DNA of 64,000 nucleotides, from the IMG/VR virus record IMGVR_UViG_3300029787_004704, positions 1 to 64,000 of that record. One strand, given 5' to 3'. Shown in pieces: positions 37,648 to 47,099 of the stretch. This DNA is from a virus. Made by a program: the position numbers and the translations under genes. The first letter of the stretch is position 1. Every line of letters starts with the position of its first letter. The notes below the pieces were generated by a model. It worked only from the letters and a program-made list of their open reading frames with translations, was not told the origin of the DNA and ran no database searches.

Positions 37648-38339
37648 TGCCAGTGCTCCATTATTGTTGGATCATGTTTTATATCCCCAGGATCTGGTTT
37701 GCCGTGAAACACAGCTACACAACAGTCTTTAGGAATTGGTGCATTCCGTATTTTGTCGTTTGAACGCCTTTGATCTTCTTTCATTAATCCGATTTCCCAT
37801 TTGTAACTCATAATCCAATCATGTGGCCACATACAAGAGTGCGGACGTTCTGCTGTAACATAGTTTTGATCTCCTTGGAATGAACTTTGTATTTTTGATG
37901 GATTATCTTTGAACTTGGCCCACATGTCATCTTCATTGCCTGCAAAAAATTTCATCACAGATGAATTACGCACTTGGTAATCTTTGATTCTGCATCTGTT
38001 GAAGTCTTGTATGATTACAAATGCATCACCTTCAAACTCCCACAAGTGATCAATATTCTTTAGTATAACAACATCTAAGTCCATGAAAATTACTGTTCCT
38101 TCTAACCCAATGTCATTTCTGAACATATGCACTTTGTTCCACCAGGACTTGTATAACGGTGCAACAACAATTTGTTTGATCTCGGGATTGAACCCTGATT
38201 TGTTTGAATCTGTAATCACATGGAATCGCACATCAGTTGAATTTCTTTGAACCATATTGTACAGTGTGTTTACATAACTTGGTGGATACTTGTCACCTGT
38301 GCATACACAAACAAAACTTTTTATCATATGTGCGACCAT
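37644..38339 (-). CDS. GT-A fold glycosyltransferase (GT8-like)
   Basis: G.KY...YV..L, WWNK, FMDLDVVI, NSSVM, GDQ, FHGKPDP. Confidence 0.8.
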   Translation of the reverse strand: MVAHMIKSFVCVCTGDKYPPSYVNTLYNMVQRNSTDVRFHVITDSNKSGFNPEIKQIVVAPLYKSWWNKVHMFRNDIGLEGTVIFMDLDVVILKNIDHLWEFEGDAFVIIQDFNRCRIKDYQVRNSSVMKFFAGNEDDMWAKFKDNPSKIQSSFQGDQNYVTAERPHSCMWPHDWIMSYKWEIGLMKEDQRRSNDKIRNAPIPKDCCVAVFHGKPDPGDIKHDPTIMEHWQ

Positions 38340-39217
38340 TGGTTAGTTAAGCCATCATCTAATCTTTGTCGTAGTCTACGCCATGGCACTCCTAGTCTTA
38401 TCTCATCAACGAACCATTCGCAATAACTTAATTTGTTTAACCAGTGTTGTCTGTCGTAATGACGCAATACACTGAGATCAGCATCAAGCGGATTTCCTAC
38501 TTTATAACACAATGAACTTTCATGCACTAGCACAGGCACTCCGGACATAATCGCTTCAATAGCCGGGTTTGAATTATAATTTATCACGCAATATGCAGTA
38601 TCTAATCGTTTGTCAAAATCTACAATATCACCGGACACAAAATTTGGGATGTCTTCTTTTACGTTTGGGTACTTGGTTAATAAAAGTTTTATATCTGATC
38701 TGTGTCTAGGATGTTGTCTTACAATTATTGGTCTGTGACTCTGTGACCTAACGTGTTCAATAGTGTCTTGCAACCATACATCCACAGGACCGCCAGTCCA
38801 TGCTTCTGATTTTGTATTTTGTAAGCAAATGACAATAGGTCCTCCGCCACCCATTTCACGCCATGGCTTTAATGTCAATCCTAGTTTTCTTACTCTGGAG
38901 TCATCTACATGATCAACATCTTGATTAGCAAAATCTGCCTCAGCATTAATTCCGCCGATTCCAATTCTCCATGTTTTATTTCTAATCAATCCACCAACTT
39001 CGATTACAATTATTTGTGCTTTGTTTTTGTAATAATCATAAATTGGTTTACGTCCATACATATTCAACAGCACTGACCATATGACCACAACATCGACTTC
39101 AGGTCTTTTGTCATTTGTGCATACAACATAATCTTCACCTTGAAGTGATTGTATAAATGCATCCATGACAGGTTTACCTGCTTTTGCGGCTGTGTCTTTG
39201 AATACTGCTATTTTCAT
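38324..39217 (-). CDS. KpsC/KpsS-like (capsule polysaccharide synthesis family) glycosyltransferase
   Basis: ICLQ, IIVRQHPR, NSNPAIEAIMSGVPV, DR..WL..L.Y.EW. Confidence 0.6.
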   Translation of the reverse strand: MKIAVFKDTAAKAGKPVMDAFIQSLQGEDYVVCTNDKRPEVDVVVIWSVLLNMYGRKPIYDYYKNKAQIIVIEVGGLIRNKTWRIGIGGINAEADFANQDVDHVDDSRVRKLGLTLKPWREMGGGGPIVICLQNTKSEAWTGGPVDVWLQDTIEHVRSQSHRPIIVRQHPRHRSDIKLLLTKYPNVKEDIPNFVSGDIVDFDKRLDTAYCVINYNSNPAIEAIMSGVPVLVHESSLCYKVGNPLDADLSVLRHYDRQHWLNKLSYCEWFVDEIRLGVPWRRLRQRLDDGLTNQWSHI

Positions 39218-40005
39218 TTCCAGTGATCATGCTCCCATTTTACTTTTAATGACTCTTTACTATTTTTAGCATCTTTTCTGTCACCTTTCAAGTGATCCAT
39301 ATATTCTCCTAATTCTGAATTGACGAAGGGATGCTTAGATCCGCGATATCCTAAAAATCTTCCATCATTAAGATCGTTGTCCAAATACCTTGGTGTTGTG
39401 TCTACCCTGGCCGCATCGTATGTGAAAGAATCTGTAAAGCCTTTAAGATCCATCCAAAGATCTTTGTCATAATATTCTTGCCATCTGTCAAAGAATTTTT
39501 GTGCATGTGGCAGTTCAAGATTGAATGTAATAAATCCTGTTTCGGAGAATCCTTTTTTTGGTCTGCCCAAAAAGGTTGAAAATTTATTGCCAGGTGCTAT
39601 ATGTTCTAACCATGTCATAGGAATGTCCTTGTATGTTACTGTATCAGCATCGACAAATATTAATCTGTCTGTGTTACATTTACTTGCCGCGTCTATCATA
39701 CAAAACACTTTCCATGAAAATCTTACAGCATCATATTCAAATGCTGAACGTAAAGGTTTATCCATACGTGCTTTTATATATTCACTGTTTTTATTGCGGT
39801 CAATAAACTCCTGCAATTTTGGTTGTGTTTCTTTAAGTGTGTAATATTCAGTGTTTGGTGCTTCAATAGATTGCACTAGATCATCAGGATAGTATATTTT
39901 TTTTACTTCTTTCGGCCAATATTTCTCAATTGACTCAATACATCTACGTGCATACACGTTCCAATGTTTTGATCCCCATGTTGTTGTTACTGTAAAACTA
40001 GTCAT
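39214..40005 (-). CDS. GT-A fold glycosyltransferase
   Basis: DAVRFSWKVF, FVDADT, SETGF, DHLKG.RK. Confidence 0.7.
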   Translation of the reverse strand: MTSFTVTTTWGSKHWNVYARRCIESIEKYWPKEVKKIYYPDDLVQSIEAPNTEYYTLKETQPKLQEFIDRNKNSEYIKARMDKPLRSAFEYDAVRFSWKVFCMIDAASKCNTDRLIFVDADTVTYKDIPMTWLEHIAPGNKFSTFLGRPKKGFSETGFITFNLELPHAQKFFDRWQEYYDKDLWMDLKGFTDSFTYDAARVDTTPRYLDNDLNDGRFLGYRGSKHPFVNSELGEYMDHLKGDRKDAKNSKESLKVKWEHDHWK

Positions 40006-40627
40006 TCTTTGTTATAAAATCATGCAAATTTTTTGCAATTAATTCATGTCCTTTTTGATTTGGATGATATTTGTTAGGTTTAATATATTCATTATCTTGA
40101 AATTTTGTAAGTTCTAAAGTTTTGTCATTTGTTTTTGCACCAAACATTTCGGTTGCACTTTGCGGCAAAAATTTCGTTGTGTCGATACCATGATATTTCC
40201 AATCAATATTTGTCCAGCCTTCCATGTAGTAATCTCTATATCCTTTTTGTTGACACATTCTCTGTAGTGCTAGGATTGATATGTTTGCTTTGTGATAATC
40301 CAATTGATCTGATTGCACTTCACCAAAGTAAAATTTTGTTAATGCACTTTTATCTCCTGTTGGTCTTAAAATTTTTGCTTTGTTGTTTTCGAAATACAAA
40401 TACCTTGCAGGATTAGTGATAAAAAATACACATATACAGTCCTCTATTTTTTTCTTCATGAAATCATGTAATTGGATAACCAAAGAATCTATTGTGCTTC
40501 CTTGTTCAGCACAATTAAAAAAATTGTTAGTGTTCAATCTTTCATGTAATAGATCACCAAACGCAAGTTCATGTGATGCAAGTTCAGTACCCACTGGCCA
40601 ACTATCACCAAATACTGCTAGATTCAT
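39998..40627 (-). CDS. SGNH-like protein
   Basis: FGDSWPVG, QGST, YHPNQKGHELIA. Confidence 0.7.
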   Translation of the reverse strand: MNLAVFGDSWPVGTELASHELAFGDLLHERLNTNNFFNCAEQGSTIDSLVIQLHDFMKKKIEDCICVFFITNPARYLYFENNKAKILRPTGDKSALTKFYFGEVQSDQLDYHKANISILALQRMCQQKGYRDYYMEGWTNIDWKYHGIDTTKFLPQSATEMFGAKTNDKTLELTKFQDNEYIKPNKYHPNQKGHELIAKNLHDFITKND

Positions 40628-41307
40628 TGCATTGCCTTTCTTAATCTTTTAACATCATCTGGAAAGAAACATTCTTTAGTTTTGTTATATAACCATTCGT
40701 CTCTTAATTGCACTGATGATGTTCTTATTCTTTTTGCTGTTGAGTCTTGTGTAATTTTTTTTACTTTAATCATAACATCTTCTAAAAATATATATCTGTT
40801 GACTGCCACAGCAAGATCTTTTGTGTAAGAATCAAGACACCAATGGTGGAATTGTGGCGGCCAAAAATAGCCTAGTGCATCACGCCACTGTCTTGCAATA
40901 GTAGGATGTGGACAAGTTTGATATTCAAGTCCATGCTTTTTGCCAGTTGCTGTGCCAATTGCAAATATTCCATCTGGGTGTCGAGACAGTTGATCTAAAA
41001 ATATTTGATCCCAAGAAGTTGTCACAAACTGTGCATCGTCACCTACCATTTTGTACATCTTACTGTGTTCGCTTTCTGCCAACACATTCCAACTCATTAC
41101 TGTGCTTCTGTCAGGGCCTATGTCAACATGACGCAGATTATGTTTTTTATATTCACCTAATGTAGAATCGTCATCATTGAGATAAAATTTTACTTTAATT
41201 TTGTCAGGCCACTTGGCTGTGTCATATGCAGACTGTTCCATGCGTTTTGCAAGATCGGGACGTCCTCTGCTGGGGCAACATATGGTTATATTAGTTTCTT
41301 TGTCCAT
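40624..41307 (-). CDS. GT2-like glycosyltransferase
   Basis: CPSRGRP, WN.LA, GDD..F.T..WD, HW..D. Confidence 0.75.
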   Translation of the reverse strand: MDKETNITICCPSRGRPDLAKRMEQSAYDTAKWPDKIKVKFYLNDDDSTLGEYKKHNLRHVDIGPDRSTVMSWNVLAESEHSKMYKMVGDDAQFVTTSWDQIFLDQLSRHPDGIFAIGTATGKKHGLEYQTCPHPTIARQWRDALGYFWPPQFHHWCLDSYTKDLAVAVNRYIFLEDVMIKVKKITQDSTAKRIRTSSVQLRDEWLYNKTKECFFPDDVKRLRKAMQ

Positions 41308-42290
41308 GTGGTTGGCGTATGCTCGTTATCAATTTCTATAGGCAAGGAGTAATTGAATTTTCTTATACCTCTTGTCCTAATGTATTGTAACGTATTTTGT
41401 ATGCCTTCTGCAATAGAAACTTTGGTTTTGTAATTGAAGAATTTTCTTATCTTGTCAGATGAACATGTTGCATATTTTACTTCTTTGGGTCTGCCCGGCA
41501 TGTATTCGTGTTCTCCATTGAAACCAGTTGCATTGGCAGTAAGGTTGGCCAGTTCATTTATAGTAACATAATCCTCATCTGGCCCTATGTTAAAAATTTG
41601 GCCAACTGCAGACTCTTCAAAACAAACTTTATCAAACACCTGTAAAGTGTCATCTATATATGAAAAACATCTTTTCTGTTCACCATCGCCATATATTATG
41701 CAAGGTTTTCCCTGTAAGTTTCTGTGTAAGAATATTGATACAACATTTCTAAATGGATCATCATACACCTGATTAGGCCCATAGATATTATGAGGCACAA
41801 CAATAGTCCAGTCTATTCCGTTTACATCGCACAAACATTTGACAGTGTCCTCGGCCGCAACTTTGGCAATGCCATATGGGTCTTCTGGTTCTGGTTTCAT
41901 ATCTTCTGTAAACGGTGGTTCTTGCTTTCCGTAACGAGCCATGGAACTCATGTATACAAAACGGTTAATCTTGTGCTTTATGGATGCGGATAATACGTTT
42001 ACAGTAGCATCAAATGTGTTTCGTGTGACTAGTACCGGCGACACAACACTTAAGCCTTCGTATGCTGTGCAGGCCGCATGAATTACAAGTTCAAATTTTT
42101 CTTTAGCAAACAACTGGTCGAGTGCTGATTGATCACAGCAATCTATTCGTAGTGTTTGAACTTCTGTGAGGTTGTCATCATATCCGCCCACTCCGTTGTC
42201 TATGCCGATCACTGTGTGGCCTTGATTATGATATCTTTTAGCAAGATGTGAACCTACAAAACCTAGCGAGCCTGTAACTAAAATTTTCAT
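41286..42290 (-). CDS. NAD-dependent epimerase/dehydratase
   Basis: TGSLGFVGSH, SSMARYG, YGIAK, HNIYGP. Confidence 0.92.
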   Translation of the reverse strand: MKILVTGSLGFVGSHLAKRYHNQGHTVIGIDNGVGGYDDNLTEVQTLRIDCCDQSALDQLFAKEKFELVIHAACTAYEGLSVVSPVLVTRNTFDATVNVLSASIKHKINRFVYMSSMARYGKQEPPFTEDMKPEPEDPYGIAKVAAEDTVKCLCDVNGIDWTIVVPHNIYGPNQVYDDPFRNVVSIFLHRNLQGKPCIIYGDGEQKRCFSYIDDTLQVFDKVCFEESAVGQIFNIGPDEDYVTINELANLTANATGFNGEHEYMPGRPKEVKYATCSSDKIRKFFNYKTKVSIAEGIQNTLQYIRTRGIRKFNYSLPIEIDNEHTPTTWTKKLI

Positions 42291-42832
42291 TCGTACACTC
42301 CTATTGAGGCAACCTGTTGATTAGCAGGACCAAGTATTTCTTCAACTGCTTGTTTGACTCCTGTTGCTCTGTGGAAAAAATCATGAAACAATATTTTTCC
42401 GTCTGAAAGAATGTGTATATTTTTGGTCAATAGTTTCATCCATTCATATGTGTGATTGGCATCAATAAAAATTAAGTCATAAAATTCAGGTAATGGTTTG
42501 TTGTTCAATTCCATCACATAGTTGATTGCATCGGCAGTAACATAATTGATATTGACGTCTACTTTTATATTTTGTTTTGTTTGTAAAATGTTTTCTTCAA
42601 ACACATCTAAAGTTGTGATTGAACCTTTATTTCCTGCGTCGTATTTTGCTTGAGCTATTATGCTTGTTGACAAACCGTGATAAGATCCTAGTTCCAAAAT
42701 GTTATGTGAATTATATGCACACTCATATAGATAATGTGCTTCTATAGGTTGCAACCAACCTTCTATATCTGATTTTATTACACCATTTTCAGTTGGCAAA
42801 TGCAACAGACTTTCGTGGTACTCATTTAACAT
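42287..42832 (-). CDS. class I SAM methyltransferase (Methyltransf_24-like)
   Basis: LELGSYHGLS, DLIFIDANHTYE, FHD, GVKQAV. Confidence 0.85.
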   Translation of the reverse strand: MLNEYHESLLHLPTENGVIKSDIEGWLQPIEAHYLYECAYNSHNILELGSYHGLSTSIIAQAKYDAGNKGSITTLDVFEENILQTKQNIKVDVNINYVTADAINYVMELNNKPLPEFYDLIFIDANHTYEWMKLLTKNIHILSDGKILFHDFFHRATGVKQAVEEILGPANQQVASIGVYE

Positions 42833-43454
42833 AGATACAGTCTCTGGTCACTTTCACTGCTCTTTTGTATCCAAGTTCTACTAGCAAATCATGACTGTCG
42901 TTCTTTGTGTACCCGTATGCTTCTGAATTCAACACACATCGTTCTATTATGATCACAGGTGAACAACGCTCTAAAGTTTTCCTTGCTCCATTTAGAACAG
43001 GAATTTCAAGTCCTTCTACGTCTATCTTTAATACATCTATTGTGTCGTAGTTGTGTTCGTCCATTGTTTTCAACACAATGTCGCCTTCATCTCCTGGCCA
43101 CACTCTTGTAGATCCTAGATGTTGCTCGATTGCAACAGCAAGTTTGCCTTTGCCTGGTTTGTCTGCAAGGCCATATTCATGCAGTGTAATATTTGATTTG
43201 CTTTCAGTGTTGATTTTAAAACATTCAATATTGTAATCAGCAGGTTCAAATGCTGTAACTTGTTCGAAGATGTCAGCATAATAGTTTGCCCATCTTCCGA
43301 CATTACCGCCAACATCTATCATGTGCGATCTTCCTTGAGTCAGTTTCAATACTTGTTCATGAATTTTGTTGTCGTGTTCTTTGACATTGCCGCCTACGTG
43401 GTGGACTGGATCGTCACCATCTGGAATATAATAACCGTCTTCTAGAAGTTTCAT
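42822..43454 (-). CDS. FkbM-family methyltransferase
   Basis: IDVGGNVG, AFEP, DVLKIDVEGLE. Confidence 0.88.
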   Translation of the reverse strand: MKLLEDGYYIPDGDDPVHHVGGNVKEHDNKIHEQVLKLTQGRSHMIDVGGNVGRWANYYADIFEQVTAFEPADYNIECFKINTESKSNITLHEYGLADKPGKGKLAVAIEQHLGSTRVWPGDEGDIVLKTMDEHNYDTIDVLKIDVEGLEIPVLNGARKTLERCSPVIIIERCVLNSEAYGYTKNDSHDLLVELGYKRAVKVTRDCIYVK

Positions 43455-44173
43455 CTAAGTTTTGTATCCATCACATTTACTTTTGGTTCCCAACCTAAAG
43501 CTCTCAATTTCGATGATGGTAAAACATTAGATTCTAATTCAAAATCTTCTCCGTCTGTTACTGGCACGTCGAAGCCATTTTTTGCAACCAGTTGATCCAC
43601 TTTGAATGCAATTCCACAACCACATTCAAACACACCTTTTTCATCTGGATTGTCTATTATGGTTTGTATAGCATTCACAACATCTGCAACATTTATAAAA
43701 TCTCTAGTGTGTGTAGTTGCATATTTTACTATGCCCAATTTGATCTTTGATATCAGCATAGTGTCTCTTGCTCCATCTCCCCACACAGTTGAAAAACGTA
43801 ATCCAACTGATTTTTTAGGAGCCATAAATTCATCCACATACTTGGATAGTGCATATGGATTTCTATGCCATTCTAAACAAGCAGATGACGATGCGTAAAT
43901 TACTCTGATGTTGTGTTCATCACACTGCTCAAACACTTTCCTACATTTAACCACATTTTCGTTCCAATACAAATTAGGATTTTTAAAACTTTCTCGTATG
44001 TCTGCTTTGGCAGCTAGATGTATGCAAAGATCTGATTTAGGATCAATGTCAAAGTTGGCAATGTCTTTGTTGATTAACAAATCCCAACAGTCTACTGTAT
44101 GTCCATTTGCTTCTAAATGATTACGCAGATGTGTGCCAATAAAACCATGTGATCCTGTAAGTGTGATGTGCAT
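43451..44173 (-). CDS. NAD-dependent epimerase/dehydratase (short)
   Basis: TGSHGFIG, HLAA, YASSS, YALSK, RDFI.V.D. Confidence 0.88.
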   Translation of the reverse strand: MHITLTGSHGFIGTHLRNHLEANGHTVDCWDLLINKDIANFDIDPKSDLCIHLAAKADIRESFKNPNLYWNENVVKCRKVFEQCDEHNIRVIYASSSACLEWHRNPYALSKYVDEFMAPKKSVGLRFSTVWGDGARDTMLISKIKLGIVKYATTHTRDFINVADVVNAIQTIIDNPDEKGVFECGCGIAFKVDQLVAKNGFDVPVTDGEDFELESNVLPSSKLRALGWEPKVNVMDTKLR

Positions 44174-44177
44174 ACGT

Positions 44178-44810
44178 CTATATATAGAAGTTTCTGTTGG
44201 ACGTTAATGATTCTTGATTGTTCACTTTGACTGCTCTTGGAGTCACCACTTGTATGTTACAGTATAGATCTTTCACAAACATGTCAGCGGCAGTCAGACC
44301 TTCTTCATATGCTCCACGTATTAACCGTTCAGCAGTTTTTGGTTTGATTACGTATCCATAGGTGCCTTGTAATTGTTGTTGTCCTTTGCGATAATGTTCT
44401 AGTTTTTGTATGCTAGGTTCTTGTCCTAGATCAGGATCAGGCTCGACAAATCGGTGTTTGTCCAAATGTAGTAGTTCATCAAACGGTGTTTTGTATGAGT
44501 CTGATACCACAATAGAATCGTGTTCAAGTATGACCACTGTTTCATCTAGTTCAACACATTTTTTCCACATTTCCAAATGTGAAATCATGCATCCTCTGAC
44601 ACCACCTTTATTCCATTTTATTTTGTATAACTTTGGCCCGGGAAAATATGGTTGTAAATTTTCTCGTTTGATATATTCATCTGCACGTGAAGGTGTGTAC
44701 CCTTCAAACATCTCAGCGTCTAGGCCATGTGCTTTAGCACTGACCATTGCGTCAATAGCTGGTTGATGTGTGCTTTCAACTTCTCTTAAAAATAATACAA
44801 ACGCTTTCAT
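44178..44810 (-). CDS. glycosyltransferase family 25
   Basis: GCMISH..MW, ILEHD, GTYGYVI.P..A. Confidence 0.82.
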   Translation of the reverse strand: MKAFVLFLREVESTHQPAIDAMVSAKAHGLDAEMFEGYTPSRADEYIKRENLQPYFPGPKLYKIKWNKGGVRGCMISHLEMWKKCVELDETVVILEHDSIVVSDSYKTPFDELLHLDKHRFVEPDPDLGQEPSIQKLEHYRKGQQQLQGTYGYVIKPKTAERLIRGAYEEGLTAADMFVKDLYCNIQVVTPRAVKVNNQESLTSNRNFYI

Positions 44811-45220
44811 TTTTTGATAACGGACCCATGTACTCTTACTCTTATGTGGCCGTTGTAGTAATCATCTGATTCAAGTACACCTCTAGCAAACTGTTCTTTT
44901 GCTTCAAGATAATTGCATTCGCCTTTAGATTTGCATAGATGAATTATTTCTCTTTTGAATTTTTCTTTGCCTAGTTTGTTTACATCTTCGATCAGCAAGT
45001 CACTCGAACCATAATAATCTTGCCAGTCACTTTCTACTGTGTGTCTGCGTTTATTTTTTCTGCCTTTGAGAGGTGGTCTTGACCTTTTGAATTTTGCCAA
45101 TTTCTTCCCCACGTACATTCTACCTGTTGTGGTGTTGGTTATGAGATATACAAATCCCACTACACCGTCTGGTAATGTTTCTACTAGTTCTCCTTGATAT
45201 GTCCAATTGACTTTTGTCAT
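44807..45220 (-). CDS. GIY-YIG endonuclease
   Basis: GFVYLITN..TGRMYVGKK, YYGSS, FKREI. Confidence 0.85.
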   Translation of the reverse strand: MTKVNWTYQGELVETLPDGVVGFVYLITNTTTGRMYVGKKLAKFKRSRPPLKGRKNKRRHTVESDWQDYYGSSDLLIEDVNKLGKEKFKREIIHLCKSKGECNYLEAKEQFARGVLESDDYYNGHIRVRVHGSVIKK

Positions 45221-45242
45221 GCTTTATTTTATTATATACTAT

Positions 45243-45776
45243 ATGCATGATGCCACACAACCAGTAATCGATAGTATTCTCCAGTGGATGGAAAAGTTTG
45301 TAGAAGTACCACATCCATCATTTGGTAACATGCCTCCATGTCCTTATGCACGGCAATACCGAGTGCAAGACAAGATTAAAATTGTTGAAGCACCGGTCAA
45401 TACCAAAGGCAATCCGCCCGATATTTGGGAGACTGCTGAACAAGTGTTTGAAACATGGAACGATGACTTTGAAGCCATCATTGTGGCACGTGAAAACGTG
45501 GCCCGTCGATATAATAGTGCAGAAATGTTATCGGCTCGAATAAAAGAATTAAATGACAAATACAAATCAAACGATTTAGTGGCCCTGGAAGATCATCCAA
45601 TGGATCCCGAAGTGATTGACGGCGTACAAATGAACCATGGCGGTTTAATTCTTGTTGTAATACAACGTTTGAGCAAGATAAACAAACACTCAGAGATGCT
45701 CAAAGGTGGAGAATACTACGATAAATGGTCGCAAGAAAATTTGGATGATGTTGTAAATTGGCGGTTTAAGAAATAG
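45243..45776 (+). CDS. DUF1415-like protein
   Basis: W...FVE.P.......PCPYA, LEDHP, .QRL. Confidence 0.55.
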   Translation: MHDATQPVIDSILQWMEKFVEVPHPSFGNMPPCPYARQYRVQDKIKIVEAPVNTKGNPPDIWETAEQVFETWNDDFEAIIVARENVARRYNSAEMLSARIKELNDKYKSNDLVALEDHPMDPEVIDGVQMNHGGLILVVIQRLSKINKHSEMLKGGEYYDKWSQENLDDVVNWRFKK

Positions 45777-45954
45777 ACCTCAATGCTTCTAATTTGTCCA
45801 TAGCTGTTGCTAATACATCCAATTTCTTTTCAGCAGTGGCAACATAATCAATATGTTCTGCAACACCTATCTGCTTTTCTAAAAAAATATTAAGATCTGC
45901 TTTGGCAACTTCTATATCACCTTCTAGTTTTTTTATCAATGCTTGTTTAATCAT
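45766..45954 (-). CDS. small phage protein
   Basis: AAAGGAG RBS; G.I..A.A....L....GVAEH.D. Confidence 0.7.
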   Translation of the reverse strand: MIKQALIKKLEGDIEVAKADLNIFLEKQIGVAEHIDYVATAEKKLDVLATAMDKLEALRSIS

Positions 45955-46000
45955 TTTATCTCCTTTTTGCTATTGCATACTATTTGCAATACGTTATTCA

Positions 46001-46031
46001 TAAGAAAAGGAAACACAAGGTTTCCTTCTTA
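46001..46031. terminator. stem-loop downstream of the ATE-like gene
   Basis: AAGGAAAC-ACAAG-GTTTCCTT with A/T-rich flanks. Confidence 0.5.
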
Positions 46032-46043
46032 CTGCTACTTATA

Positions 46044-46721
46044 TTAGAATGTTATCTTAAAGTCAATATCTTTTTGTATTGCCGAATTGTATGCATCTTT
46101 ATCATCACTCCACCCTGATCCAGTCCACCATTCAAATCCAGGAATGGATGCTTTCCATTTGCATGACTTGTCGTAACTGGCTCCTAGATAGAACCATTCA
46201 TAACCTAGTTCATGTGCATGATGTATTTCGTGCCACAGACTGTATTTGCCCAGTTGCAGTTTGAAGTCAGCATAGTTCCACGCCATTTGCCAGTTGTCTA
46301 GACTGTTGATATACGTGGTCCATATGGAGAATCCTATAAGATCATTTTTCAATCTGTACAACCACACAGTGTCTGCATGACCAATATCCTCCAGTGGGTT
46401 TGGTTCCAACATGGTGTAACCGTGATGATCAAGATATGCTTCATATATCGGCATCAATTGAGGCATCATTAATTTTGCTTCTAGACCATAAATTTTTTCA
46501 GCAATTATGTCAGGATCAGTTTTTGGTTTCTTTGCTTTTTTTATAAATCTGTCTATGTTGATTCTAACAGCACGAACTTGTTGCCATGCATCTTCTAATT
46601 GTATAAAACCTTGTGCCAATGCTTCGTCTGATTCTTGGGGGTGTACGTCTGCCCACACTTTCATGAACTGTATGTCTTGTTGATCTAGTTTGCCAAATAA
46701 ATGTTCATACCAAATTTTCAT
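46044..46721 (-). CDS. aminoacyl-tRNA-protein transferase (ATE/Bpt C-terminal GNAT-like)
   Basis: LIGFS, W.Y....LGKYSL..EI..A...G..W.YLG......WK ATE_C pattern; start at MKIWYEH. Confidence 0.65.
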   Translation of the reverse strand: MKIWYEHLFGKLDQQDIQFMKVWADVHPQESDEALAQGFIQLEDAWQQVRAVRINIDRFIKKAKKPKTDPDIIAEKIYGLEAKLMMPQLMPIYEAYLDHHGYTMLEPNPLEDIGHADTVWLYRLKNDLIGFSIWTTYINSLDNWQMAWNYADFKLQLGKYSLWHEIHHAHELGYEWFYLGASYDKSCKWKASIPGFEWWTGSGWSDDKDAYNSAIQKDIDFKITF

Positions 46722-46738
46722 GTGTAAGTATCCTGTAT

Positions 46739-47086
46739 ATGGATATCTATCACATTTTTGCAGATCATCACCCTGAAGTGGATTCTTATGAATTCGCTGA
46801 CAAGATGAGATCATTTTTAGATGGCATGGTGAGTTTAGGAAAAATGCAAAATTACAGATTAACCAGAGCCAAACTAGGCTTCCGTTCTATGGACCTTCCA
46901 GAGTTTCATGTCATGATGGAATTTGTAAACATGCAACAACTGGATGATGCTATGACTTCTGTGTTACGCAACGAAAAAAGTATTGATGAAAAACATGTCA
47001 ACTTCAATCAATTGGTTGATAGTGAAACCATACAACATTTTCTATATAGAGACTTTCCGGATCAGATCGACGACAGCAAATCTTAG
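46739..47086 (+). CDS. DUF6614-like protein
   Basis: MDIYHI, YRLTR.KLGF...LPEFH.MMEF....QLD.A, LYRDFPD. Confidence 0.65.
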   Translation: MDIYHIFADHHPEVDSYEFADKMRSFLDGMVSLGKMQNYRLTRAKLGFRSMDLPEFHVMMEFVNMQQLDDAMTSVLRNEKSIDEKHVNFNQLVDSETIQHFLYRDFPDQIDDSKS

Positions 47087-47099
47087 GTCGGTATAATAT

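Noticed and set aside
46722-46814. N-terminal extension of the ATE-like ORF in the track
   Set aside because: Overlaps the DUF6614-like gene on the opposite strand; ATG at 46721 is the more plausible start.
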